The notes under the pieces were generated by a model, which was not told the origin of the DNA, ran no database searches, and saw only the letters and a list, made by a program, of their open reading frames with translations. From positions 70,981 through 110,293 of the forward strand of contig NMRA01000572.1 of assembly GCA_002633005.1 (NCBI GenBank): DNA of 39,313 bases, read 5' to 3'. This DNA is from Phoronis australis (taxonomy: Eukaryota; Animalia; Phoronida). Each line of letters begins with the position of its first letter. The stretch's first letter is position 1. The position numbers and the translations under genes were made by a program. Positions 22,950-34,215 of this stretch are shown here, piece after piece.

Positions 22950-25372
22950 TCTGTCATCTAAATACAATTCATTTTATATCATGTTTAAGTTCTTCCGGGA
23001 AAGTATAGACTGCTGTGCTGTGGGCTGCAATGCCTATTCAAGGAAGTGGGATAAGCTGGATAAATGTCCATGTTGTAGTAGCAGTAGCAGCAGTAGTAGC
23101 AGGACAAAAGACGGGAATGCAAAATACGGGAATTCAGAGACACTTGGTCTCCTGCTGCTGTAGTGGATAGCTTTCTGGTGAAACTTCAAACTTGTTAAAC
23201 TTTTTTATTTGTTACAACACCTCCCACATCTGTCTTTTGTTGGTCCTTCAATGGCTCTTGAAGCCTTGACTGAACACTGAGTTTCCTGGTGAAAAATGTG
23301 TTAAATTCTGCTAGAGAATGTCTGAAAGTAGTGAATGTCTGAAAGTAGTGAATGTCTGAAAGTAGTGAATGTCTGAAAGTAGTGAATGTCTGAAAGTAGT
23401 GAATGTCTGAAAGTAGTGAATGTCTGAAAGTAGTGAATGTCTGAAAGTAGTGCTGGTGCTGGTGAGGGTGTTTTTACGGTGTAAGAAAATTTTGCTCTCA
23501 GATGGCACAGTCATCTTTCCTTTAAGGTGAGCAAATTGTCTGCCATTTGCTGATAATCATAGATTTTTTCTGGTAAAGGACCTCTGTTGAACAAGAATGC
23601 TAACAGTTTTCCAATGGAATTTTAGCCAGACAGACTTCTATTGGTGTAAGGGTCATTTTTACCAGTAGCTTATTTTTTTTTTCTCACCACAGTAATCCCT
23701 TGTAGAACGAAAATTGATGTTAAAAGCACATTTACTCAATACAATGAATAAATTAACACAACAACAGATGTAGCCCTCTTCAACTTGCCCATCCGTGTCC
23801 TTTGAAAAAAAACACCCTGGTTACTAAAGTAATGTCGAAAAGGCCATTTGTTTTGCAGTAACTCGTAACTGCAGCAAATGTGACTGCTAATGAAAAAGCT
23901 GGTGTTACAGGAATGACATCCTAGCTAATTACCTGGAAATCCCTGCAATGGATACTTTTCATACATGTTTTCAGGTGTAATCATCTAAATAGATTCTCAT
24001 TCGTAGCTGTCTGCAGGTTTGCTGTGAATGGAAAGTGACTGTGCCATCCATCAGTTCCGTCCTTAAGAATAACATTTGCTTTTTTACCTGTAGTTTGCTT
24101 GTTCTTAAACTAATAACCAAACAATTTATTCCTTTAGTGCTGACAAGTGACTATAGAGCAGGAAAATATTAATGCTGTAGTGTTGGTTAGTGGGCTTCTT
24201 AGCCGCAGTGACACTGGACTGTATTACTATTGATCTCATGTTGCTGTGTTCTACATAAAGACTTGAAATAATATGTGAACAGGAAAGTGTGCTCCAGTGT
24301 ATTTTTATATTTCCATGTGGAACATCAATATAGTAGTACTACTGGACTTGTGTGGTCTGCATTCTGGGATCACGTTACCTGTCAAAAGCGCTATCATCTG
24401 GTTTTGTTAGTTGTAAGCATAGAGAGGTAAATTTTATAGCGGGGAACAAAACAGGTGTGAGTGTCCTACGCATAATTTTTGCCAAATAACTGACTTTGAA
24501 AATAGGCGCGCCATATTGAAATTCACTATCCCACCAGACAGTGATCAGGTCTTAGATGGACAGGAGTGCTGTGCAACCTATAGATGCAATGCGGATAGGA
24601 AGTTCCAACCTTCTGATTTAAACAACGTCTTAACCATAGACATCACATAGACCGGGTGGGTGCCACTCAGATACATGAAGCTGGCATTGTCAATATGACG
24701 CCATATTGGAAGGTGTTACATGGGACAAAATGGCAGAAAACACTGCGAACCTTACGACATCAGTCAGGAAGTGCAGGGGCTCGCAGTGTTATGCTTGCAG
24801 CCAGGAGTTGAGCTTCTTGGTCCTGCCATTGAGTTATGGGTTTTTTGGTTCAGCCATGGAGTTTGGTGGTGCTGCCACTAGGCTTTTTATGTTCTGCCAC
24901 CGTAGTTTAAGCTGAACTAGATGCTGTGTGTAAATTCCGAGAGGATCAAACGAAAACTGCAACCTGTAGGGTGCAAACAAAAATTGACGTCATAGCAACA
25001 TAAATATATTTTCAAACCTCGCAAAAACAAACTTACATTATATACCTCTGTTGTCTAAATATAAAAATTCCACGCCGCCTACTGGAGCAGTGGGGAGTGT
25101 AGTGAATTTTAGTCAATGGGCTGAATGCCGGCGATGGGAAAATATTGCAGTGTTAGGAGCATGACGCAGTATTTTTTAATTTCTTTGTCACGGGTAGCTA
25201 ATTGATGTTTTCATCTTGCCCTGTGGAGTACAGGTGTCCGCTTCAGCAGGCCAAGCAGTCCGGCTCTGCAAGCTAGCAGCGTATACAAATGTTTCTGGCT
25301 AAGTGGGAATTATTCCTTTTACTTGAGACTCATTACTACTTATACCATTTGGCATCATGGCAAGTTTTCTAC
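22950..25372 (-). pseudogene. Decayed multi-exon coding sequence of unknown family, possibly with a Myb/SANT-like helix
   Basis: CAG|GT acceptors opening exons at 25372, 24963, 24378 and 24087; gtaag donors at 25036 and 24755; protein-like stretches broken by stops and frameshifts; VQLKLRWQNIKS at ~24882-24917. Confidence 0.3.
23316..23451. repeat. 17-bp minisatellite (GAATGTCTGAAAGTAGT)x8
   Basis: Eight perfect copies with no spacers. Confidence 0.97.
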
Positions 25373-26506
25373 CTGAAGTTATTTTGCCACCATCAATCAA
25401 TCAGCAATCAGCCACCCGGCTGTAGCAAAGTCGCGTCTTAATTTATTTTCCACATTTTCGCAAGTGTAATTGTCGGGATATTCTAACCGTAGCAATTTTA
25501 TTCAATAATTTGATGTTGCATGTTCGTTGTTCTGTTCATACTGTTTGTTTACCAGAGTTAATTAAATCCAGTAAAACACGCTTAGCCTAGCCTGCCATAG
25601 TCGGCCCCCGGTTGTTATTCAATTGTTGGCGAAGGACTGTTACTAGTCCGTAATTTTATACTAGTGTCCGAAACTATCTTTGTATTCATGATTTGAATCA
25701 TTTATTCCGATAAAACAGCCGAGGACGGCATGCCTTCGTCTTTTGTCAGTGCGAGTGGTCTCGATTGGTCTGCACCGGGTTATCGGCTGCAGGTCCGAGC
25801 CCGGCAAAATAATTTCTGTCAAAATTTATTTTGCCGCATTTTGTCAACATTTTCAGTACAAATTGTCCCTATTTTGGTTTTGTTAAAGTTGAGGTTCGCT
25901 GTTGATTGTTTTATCCTAGTTTGCAGGCTGGTAACAGACACTGCTCCAGTCGCACAGACGGTGTATACTAAGCCTGGGTTCTTCAATGAATTGTACTTCC
26001 GGTTTCGCAGTTAGTTCAAAATGGCAGTGTGATCTTTGGGTCGGAATCGTGAGTGACGCGTTTATTTAAACTTTCTTCAACTACGGATTGTGTATTGGTT
26101 ATGGGATAAGTACTGCATGGTTCCTTATAATGTCTTCTAACCATTTAATAAGGGTTAAAAACGTGTGCTTCTAGGACTTAAAAAACTCATTTCTTAATAT
26201 GAATTCCAAAATCATATTTTCTGTTGTATCATAACAAACAAATCCTGGAAAAATCTGTACTGATGTCGAAGTTGGCATTGGAAATTCTGTACTGAGATTT
26301 GCAATGCTTGCTTACGAGCTCTTGGTTTTGTGAGTCAAAATTTGTGCAAAAAAGTAAAGTGCATAATAACCAAAATATCAAACCTGTATGACTGAATTGC
26401 ACACCCGACCTATACCCAAAATACAGAATTTCCCACTCGAAACCGAGTGGAAATATACCCAACTGAGCCCGTGTAGCATTAAATAATGACCCCATGTAAA
26501 AATGGC

Positions 26507-26597
26507 CGGTTAGTACATATATCATATCAAGGCCTGGGAGAGAAATGAACGGTTAGTACATATATCATATCAAGGCCTGGGAGAGAAATGAACGGTT
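26507..26597. repeat. Perfect 43-bp tandem duplication
   Basis: CGGTTAGTACATATATCATATCAAGGCCTGGGAGAGAAATGAA twice, followed by CGGTT (microhomology). Confidence 0.95.
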
Positions 26598-27027
26598 CGA
26601 AATAATGTGTGGGAGCGGGACTGATCTCTTTATGAGTGTGTGGGGATACTACAAAACTCTAACAAGTGCCTGGTGCTTGATCGGGGGGGGCTTCACATTC
26701 GTTATAGAGGAATGCCGTGGGTGAGAGAAGAATATTTTTATACGTTGGCAACCCTGAGTGATGCACAGGAAAGGAACTGAGTCTGTGTTCTTTGCTTTTA
26801 ACGTTACGGCGTTCTCCTGTTCAGTCCAACTTGTTCGGTTATATAGCACAACAAGTTGGGCGGATGACCGCTGTAGCCAATATATTACACTGACAAGTAC
26901 CGATTAAAGGCAAAGGCAACCTTTTTTCATGTCATTTCGAGCTAAAATAAGGTTGGTTGGTTATCCTAGACATATATTCCACTTAATTACAGCTTTTCGT
27001 AATTTTATTAATTACTCGTCCGCTACT

Positions 27028-27064
27028 CCGGAAGTGACGTTTTAGGAGGCAAGCGTTTCCCGCC
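27028..27064 (+). promoter_or_regulatory. ETS-CRE composite plus E2F-like site in the left TIR (mirrored at 28453-28489)
   Basis: CCGGAAGTGACGT (27028-27040) then TTTCCCGCC; right TIR has TGGCGCGAAA..ACGTCACTTCCG; each lies ~110-210 bp upstream of an inward-facing ATG. Confidence 0.5.
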
Positions 27065-27241
27065 ACTTGGTTTTGCGTTGAGTTTACCGTGCGAATCTGT
27101 TCTGTTCTACTTTTGTTTTGTGCTGTTTTTCAACAATTGTCGCCACCACTTTCCATCGGCGAGTATTCTGCGGCAACATAGGTTAGTAGAGAACTCAACT
27201 ACGTTGGATTTAGGGATTGTTTAGAGTGTTGTAAGCTGAAA

Positions 27242-27520
27242 ATGGCTGGACTCGGTGACCGTATCAAAGTGACAGTAGTGGGAGTGACGGAGACCTTGCT
27301 CACAGCAGCGGTGACGAGGAATTTTTTCACGGACATTCAGTGGGTGGGTACATGTTTGAGCCCGAGTATAACGAGGCAGAGTACGCACAGGCACAGGCAG
27401 CTGTTGAGAGAAACGAGGCGACTACTGGGGACAGACGTGGTGACACATCTTGGTGCAAATGCACTGTGTGCGTTGTTATGCCTACCTCAATGGAATGCTT
27501 GTGCTGTTCAGAGTTCGTCG
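27242..27520 (+). pseudogene. KolX 5' part (cysteine cluster related to the P2X7 cytoplasmic C-terminal domain), copy B
   Basis: ATG at 27242, one frameshift, acidic SDSSGSDGD..DEEFF leader, GYMFEPEY, then RRGDTSWCKCTVCVVMPTSMECLCCSE; the frame reads on to 27603 into antisense transposase sequence. Confidence 0.85.
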
Positions 27521-27800
27521 AGGCCAAGCCACTACCGTACACGGTTAAGTGGATCTCCGGCATACCACGGACAGAGGAACAACTGTCCACGTACTTGCCA
27601 TAGTGTCCCGCGACACACTCCCACTGGATAGTGACCTGAGCACCCAAACTGCTTACATCGTGTCGTGTGATGTGTGACTCCCTCGCCACACATCTGGCAC
27701 CTTCTAAATAGCTCCAACACTTTAGACAAGTCCACAATAAACTTATCAAAGTTTGGCTCACCGATCTGTTCACTGGACGACGAAATGTCCTCTTCACTTG
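27520..27800 (-). pseudogene. Kolobok transposase continuation (second zinc-finger region), truncated before the DDE domain
   Basis: DKFIVDLSKVLELFRRCQMCG, frameshift, GAQVTIQWECVAGH...: CxxC...CxxGH after a KFIV motif. Confidence 0.75.
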
Positions 27801-28345
27801 GGTGTCGAACTGGGCCTGTAATCACCCCCACTACTCAATATCGCTGCAGGGCTGCTTAGACGCTCTGGGCAGGAGAAAACAGCACAGGGCGAATCACTAC
27901 TGGTTGCAGGAATGGCACGCTCTGGGGTACGTTCGGAGGCACGGGTGACAGTAGGTGAAGTGCCTCCACTGGCTCCAGTCACTGTACTGGCCACAGCTCG
28001 CAAGGCTTCTCGCTTCAAAAACGCACATCTCGAGGGTGGCGACGGGGCACTGCCAGGAATCAACACAGACGGAATGGCATCCTGCTTCAGGCGTTGTTTC
28101 ACAGGGACCTGCATCAGGTCAGCGTACAAATCCCTTTCGTAATCAGTCGGCAGAAAGTGCTTGCCACACATACGGTAATTCTCGACTGCTTTGTACGTTG
28201 TGTGGACGAGTAACGCTGCGCTCTTCACACGAACGAGCGAAGTACGGCGAAGTGTTTCATCCATCGGAAAGCGATGCAAAGGTACTCCCAAAGTGCGCGT
28301 GAGACGATAATTAGTACATCCCGGTACGCAGCAACAGTGTGGCAT
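27794..28345 (-). CDS. 183-aa THAP zinc-finger ORF (N-terminus of Kolobok transposase, ended by a frameshift)
   Basis: MPHCCCVPGC..LHRFP..MCGKHF..LKQDAIPS gives a C2CH THAP with an AVPT-like box; the conserved Trp is replaced by Ser; Ser/Pro/Thr-rich tail. Confidence 0.85.
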   Translation of the reverse strand: MPHCCCVPGCTNYRLTRTLGVPLHRFPMDETLRRTSLVRVKSAALLVHTTYKAVENYRMCGKHFLPTDYERDLYADLMQVPVKQRLKQDAIPSVLIPGSAPSPPSRCAFLKREALRAVASTVTGASGGTSPTVTRASERTPERAIPATSSDSPCAVFSCPERLSSPAAILSSGGDYRPSSTPK

Positions 28346-29136
28346 GTTGACTGGCTAGTAAATGAAAGCAAACGACGACGGAACTTAACACAACCGAGGT
28401 AGAACAATGACTGAGTCGGCAACTCTCACAGTCAGACTATATGCAAAGAAATTGGCGCGAAATGCTTGCCTCCTAAAACGTCACTTCCGAAGTAGCAGAC
28501 GAGTAAATGACAAAATTACGAAAAGCTGTAATTAAGTGGAAAATATGTCTAGGATAACCAACCAACCTTATTTTAGCTCAAAATGACATGAAAAAAGGTT
28601 GCCTTCTCCTTTAAGTCCGTTCTGGCATTTAGGATTGGAGGGTCGGCTCTCATTGGTTTGATAATTGCTCTAATCTCCGATAAGATGGTGTCTTGCATGA
28701 TTGGGATGTGCTGTTAAAAATAAGTTAAGTTTATAAGATGTTTGAACATAAAGCAATAAAATTTCTGAATTCCACATCAAATAATGATCATGCTTATAGT
28801 TTTTGAATCGCCAAAATTGCCCAACTAGAACCGCAGTGTAGACTTAATCCTTAATATATTCTGTCGGAACCTACCAATGCACTGGGTTTGACTGTGTTCA
28901 CATGTGATCTGTAGTAAGCCTGGTAGATAATTGGCCTGCATGTTGTCGTAACAGACAAAAGACTGTGTTCAGCAGTTAATAAAGGAGCTACTCTGTCTGG
29001 TACTCACTTAACCAGAGAACGCCCTAATGAACTTCAAAAACCTGTCATTTATTTTTCACAGCAGTTCACTTTAAATTTAGACCCCATTAAAAGCGACCTG
29101 GGTCATATTTCAATATTACAAAGTTACCCGGGATCA

Positions 29137-30250
29137 TTTTTATGCGTCCACATATTTATATGTGGACACATGCCGTCAACTCCGTCCGTCCGGGTGGCAT
29201 CCGTCCGGCGTCCGCTGCTCTATCTCCAAAACCCCTTTGACATACGTTCATGAAATTTGGCATATATGTTCCATTCATGAATGGGACGGCATGAGTGAAC
29301 TTTCGGGCGGATCCGACTACCGGTGTGCCCCCTTGTGGCAATTTTAGTTTTTTACGCATGTGTGTGCTTACTATGAAGACGATGGTTGACGTTGATTATC
29401 CAACGATTTCAACTACTGTGGTGCCTCCTAGTGGCAGTTTTGTCTCTTTTTGCGCCTATGGCTGTATCTTCTAAAGCGTTCGCAGGATCTTTACAAAATT
29501 TAGTAAGTATATTTATATTATGTAAACAATGAATGATGACGACTTTTGGACAGATCCGACTACCGGTGTGCCCCCTAGTGGCAATTTTATTTTTTTACGT
29601 TTACCTTTGTATCTTCCAAAGTCCTCAATGGATTTTCATGAAATTTAATATATAGGCACCTATTAGTGGGATGACGCTGTCATCTCGTTTTCAGATGGAT
29701 TCGATGTAGTTAGTGCCATCTAGTGGCCATTTTTACTGTTTTCGAGTCTGTTTTTTGCGTCCACCCTTCTATCAACCAAACCGCTGAAAGGGTGATTGTG
29801 AAAATTGGCATGTATGTGCTTACTATAAACAAGACAGTTGACGATGATTTTTTGACGATTTCGAGTACTGTGGTGCCTCCTAGTGGCAGTTTTGTCTTTG
29901 TTGCGCCTATGGCTGTATCTCCTAAACCGTTCACAGGATCTTTACTTAATTTAGCAAGTGTATTTATGTGATTTTGGCTATGGATGATGACGACTTTCAG
30001 ACAGACCTGACTACTGCTGTGCCCCCTAGTGTCAATTGTAGTTTTTTACGTTTTACTCGGTATCTGCAAAGGTCCTTAACAGATTTTCATAAAATTTTAC
30101 ATATAGGCATCTATTGGTGTGATGATGCTATCTGCCTGTTTTTGGATGGAATCAAGGTATTTTGCACCACCTAGTGGCCACTTTTGCTGTTTTCAAATCT
30201 TGTTTTTGGTGTCCATCCCTGTATCAACCAAACATTTGAAAAGGCGTGTA
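29137..30250 (+). mobile_element. HINE/DINE-1-like element with an internal array of ~150-bp monomers and a ~452-bp trimeric period
   Basis: 5' TTTTTATGCGTCCACATATTTATATGTGGAC hairpin and (TCCG) microsatellite; monomer marker at 29421, 29568, 29713, 29873, 30019 and 30164; 3' end not found. Confidence 0.7.
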
Positions 30251-32150
30251 TGTTCTCAGTGTGAAGACGACTAAGTTGACATTGTTCAAATAGGTACTTT
30301 TCTATCCACTTCTTTGCACTTCCATTTGATGGAGGGCCATGTTGGACAAACCATGGTAGTGATCTGTGTTAGCAAAGCGAGTTATCGCCGGTTGTTAGCT
30401 GCTGGTGATCGCCTTATGTACAACCAGTCCACAACTGACATTTATCGGAGGAATAGGCCCCTATATCATTCCGACATTGGAACAGAGAAAATTGAGACAG
30501 CGGAACATAACGATAGGGGAATAAAGTGACAGGTTACATACTGTTTTTGGACCATTGATTTTGCTGTGCTTAACACCCAGGTAAAAAAAGTTAAACACTA
30601 GTGTTTTCGTGAAATAAAACTCAAATTAATAGGTCCAGAAACACCCGGAGTCCTGATTCCAAAAGTTTGCAGGGACTTAAACTACATTTTCATACTCCAC
30701 AGGACATATGCTTTCGACCTTGAATTCACTGAAAATTTACTGTACACAGGTTAAATGCAGTGGGGCAATAGGATAGGCCCAATGAAAGGGGTGTTAAGGT
30801 TGTTTTTATATTGAAGTAATTTCAAATGCCTTCAATCTAGTTGAAAATTAGTTTAAAAAATTCTGCATTCGGGGGTTTTTAGACCTCAACCCCCCTTATA
30901 AATAATGCACCAATCGTTATACAATAATGTAACCAAAGAGTTGCAGGTGCAAAAGATAAAGTTTGAAGCTTTTGATGTCTGCATTTTCAACTGCATGGGC
31001 AATTCACAGTAGAAATAATTAGAATATTCCTTATATTTCTAGAACAAAAACCTGGACATTATAGATGTGCTTTTTTATAACATTGTTTATCAAAATGTAT
31101 CATAGTTATGAAGGATTACAAAGTAGCTGTTTGAACATATCTTGCTTGCTCAGTTAATAACATCTGCTTGTCCATATTCTGGTGAAAACTTGAATCTTTC
31201 AGTATAGTGGGCAAAGCTATGTTTCACTAAATTTCTCCGAAAAAAGTTGGCGAAAATAATTTTACGAACACTTTTAAACTCATAACCGCTGTCATCCAAG
31301 CTGGACGTCTCGATACTAACAGGTGACATGATGACTTCTCAAATTTTATTATTTGTCCCATGATGACACTGCTAAATAATACCTAAATTCATTTTTTGAA
31401 ATCAAAAAGTACAATTACATATTTTGTCTGAGTTTTACCCATTCACAATTTGCTGGTCTGAATTTCCCTGACACTCTGTCCGACTTTCCCCACCTGCGTC
31501 CAAATTTCCCCGATTTTGACCACTTTTATTCTTAAAATTCGAAGGCATTGAAACTGAACTAGTTACGAAGAATCTCATTGGTTGATTTCTCAAAAGATTT
31601 GCAAATATCCCATGACTCGTCAAATGTTACCGTAGCTGACGCATTAAACTTCAGTAGCAGGTAAGCAAGTCGAGCTAGGTGGTTTCGTCCAAATTTACCT
31701 GAACTTCACCTAGTGATGTAACATCTCTATAACCCTTGCTCGAGCAGCCAACTATTGTCCAAAAATTCATCTCTATATTGAGAAAAATCTGTGGAGAATT
31801 CAGTTAAGACATGTGTCTTTGCTTCACTATACCATAACCATACTGATTTGTTTGTCCTCCAACATGGCAGATGATCGAATTGGTGACCTCATATGCAAAC
31901 ACTATAGTAGTGGCAGGTTTCCATGTACTGTGTGGACACTCAGCTGATCATCTACGTACACTCTGTGAATGCTAACGACAAATCTGGTGACATGACACAC
32001 TTCATTTGTGCAATGACCTCATTGTTTCCTTGTTATTAAGTATAAATTTTACAACTTCACTGCGCTTCAGACTAGTGAACTTGGGTACATGATTTTGTAG
32101 TAAAGTGCCTGGCATTGTCTGCTTTTTAGTGTTGTCTGCTTCTTAGTGTT

Positions 32151-34011
32151 CAGTGTTCTCCACATCTGAAAATCTAAACAGGTCGCACGCGTAAAAACTG
32201 CAACGTGCCGGAACCGCGTGGCGGTCAACGTTCTCCATAAGCTAGTGTGCAGTTTTTTGTGCACCTTATTTTTACCCACGCACTTTAAAAGTAATGCACA
32301 GTAGTGCAAACAAATAACTGTGTTTATTCAATTTTTTATATGTAATAACCCAGTTGCTTAGTCAATGACTTTGAAATGGAAGTCTACCCACGTGTTTGAT
32401 ACAGTGTGGAGGTTTTAGGCTACTCAATAATTGTGATGTCAATGTCAACTACATACAAAAAGTCTAACACAGAAGTAACACTTTTCCCATGAAGTAGACA
32501 GTCCAACTGAAGTGTCTTTGCAAAGTCAACCACATTTTTATGTCTTGATAGCAGAGTCTACGTTTTCCCTCGGTCTGTAAGTGTAATGTCTTGCACAGCA
32601 TTCTTATAGTCTGAATTCGATGTTCTGAAGCTGGTACAACTTACTGAACTTCTGCACTACCAGAACTCTTGTAAAAACTGCACAATATGCGAGTCCTCCC
32701 TTATGAATGCAAATTAGGTAGGGTAAACAAAACAATTCACATGCGTTTTCCAACCAATATTTCTAAAAAGATATCAACTGAATTATCAAACGCTTGCAAC
32801 TATGGAATTCCCATTTCACATTTCTAATTATGTAGAATGCGCATGTCAATCGGTATCGGAAGCTAGGATAGAATTCACTAATGTAAGGACCATGCCAGAT
32901 AACCAAGACTCTGCGAGATTACGCAAGGTATTACTGCTTGATTTCAATGAGATCACGTGATTCTAGCTGCAATTTCTCAGCCTGAGACACATATATTTTG
33001 AACTTTACTCAGTGACGTCACCCGCTGTCCCAAATCTCGGAATACTCCCCCGAAACCGCAAACGTCACGCACGGCTACTATTGAGCTTGCGAACGGCTTG
33101 GCTGATTTTTAGAGGGAGTATGCCCCACAAATATAATGTTCATGCTTCCAACATAAGTCTTTATAAGGCAACGAGATGAACTCGGTCACTCTCAATGGGC
33201 CGGTAGCACCAAAAGTAACCAATAATATTCATCTAAGTGAGAAATACGCAAACAACAACCCATGAGATCCACCAAAAACAGTTTCATGCAAATGTTTTTG
33301 AGACTGGTATGGGTAAAGTCTGTGCCGTGGGGCCCACGGAAAATTGAAAAATGTGCTACGAAAACCAAAATTCTGGCCTCCCAGAAGACGGCCGTTGCTT
33401 AAACTGCTGCACAACGATGTCTTTGCTGACAACTTATACTTCGCAGAACTAACCAGCAGAACTAACCACTGAGCCTTAGATATTTTCAATGGGTAGTATG
33501 ATCAGTTGTCCCCGAATACAAAAAGCGAATAGGCCTAACTTAACAGCATTCAGCGACTTTCGTGCCGGACTGCACCTCCAGTGAGCAGGTAGTGGATTAG
33601 GCCTATAGGTAGCACTGGGCCTTTGTTTATATTTACTAGTTGTTTGAGATGAATTGAAAAGATAATTGAGAGATTATTTACACACTGCATTACACCATAA
33701 ATAGACTAGTGGCCCAGTCTGCAGCTTGAGTGGGACTGGTGATTAGGCTGTCCACAACTGACCACTTTCTTAGCCTTTATTCAGTTTCACTTGGCTATGG
33801 CCAGTTGCTGTCAAGCGTAATTTGAACCAGTGAAGACCTTATTAACGAAGACTACGCATTTTTTACAAAGTAGTCCCTATATTTTAAACTGGCAGCGGGA
33901 TTTTTAAACAGGACGCTGGATTTTTAAACAGGACGCGGGATATTTAAACAGGACGCGCGCTCGGTCAAACAGGACACTGCGACACGTTAAAAGTGGTCGT
34001 GGAGAACACTG
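32151..34011. mobile_element. 1.86-kb hAT-like TIR element with an apparent 5-bp TSD
   Basis: Perfect 13-bp TIR CAGTGTTCTCCAC / GTGGAGAACACTG; GTGTT on both flanks (32146-32150, 34012-34016); subterminal AAACAGG(A/T)C repeats (20-bp units at ~33898-33975). Confidence 0.8.
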
Positions 34012-34215
34012 GTGTTGTCTGCTTCTCAGTGTTGTCTGCTTCTCAGTGTTGTCTGCTTCTCAGTGTTGTCTGCTTCTCAGTGTTGTCTGCTTCTCAGTGT
34101 TGTCTGCTTCTCAGTGTTGTCTGCTTCTCAGTGTTGTCTGCTTCTCAGTGTTGTCTGCTTCTTACTGCTGTCTGCTTCTTACTGCTGTCTGCTTCTTACT
34201 GCTGTCTGCTTCTAA
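34012..34215. repeat. 17-bp minisatellite, ~12 copies (GTGTTGTCTGCTTCTCA grading to CTGCTGTCTGCTTCTTA)
   Basis: Read directly; about two further units lie at 32113-32150 on the other side of the TIR element. Confidence 0.95.

Larger units (their letters stand above)
26908..28610 (-). mobile_element. Kolobok DNA transposon, internally deleted (copy B)
   Basis: TTAA|AGGCAAAGGCAACC ... GGTTGCCTTCTCCT|TTAA; well-matched ~158-bp TIRs (26908-27065, 28453-28610); convergent KolX (+) and THAP transposase (-). Confidence 0.93.

Noticed and set aside
22981-23163. ORF with CCAVGCN resembling a THAP start
   Set aside because: No downstream FP, CxxHF or AVPT motifs; it runs into an AGC/AGT microsatellite.
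23316-23451. Short repeat arrays (also 34012-34215, 8457-8505) as CRISPR
   Set aside because: Head-to-tail units with no unique spacers, no cas genes and a eukaryotic context.
27794-28345. Domesticated host THAP transcription factor
   Set aside because: It lies within intact TIRs and TSD, continues by frameshift into transposase sequence and has decayed relatives nearby.
26908-28610. piggyBac or P-element assignment for the TTAA/THAP elements
   Set aside because: piggyBac ends are CCY..RGG and lack THAP; P elements make 7-8 bp TSDs with CA..TG ends. AGG..CCT, TTAA and KolX fit Kolobok.
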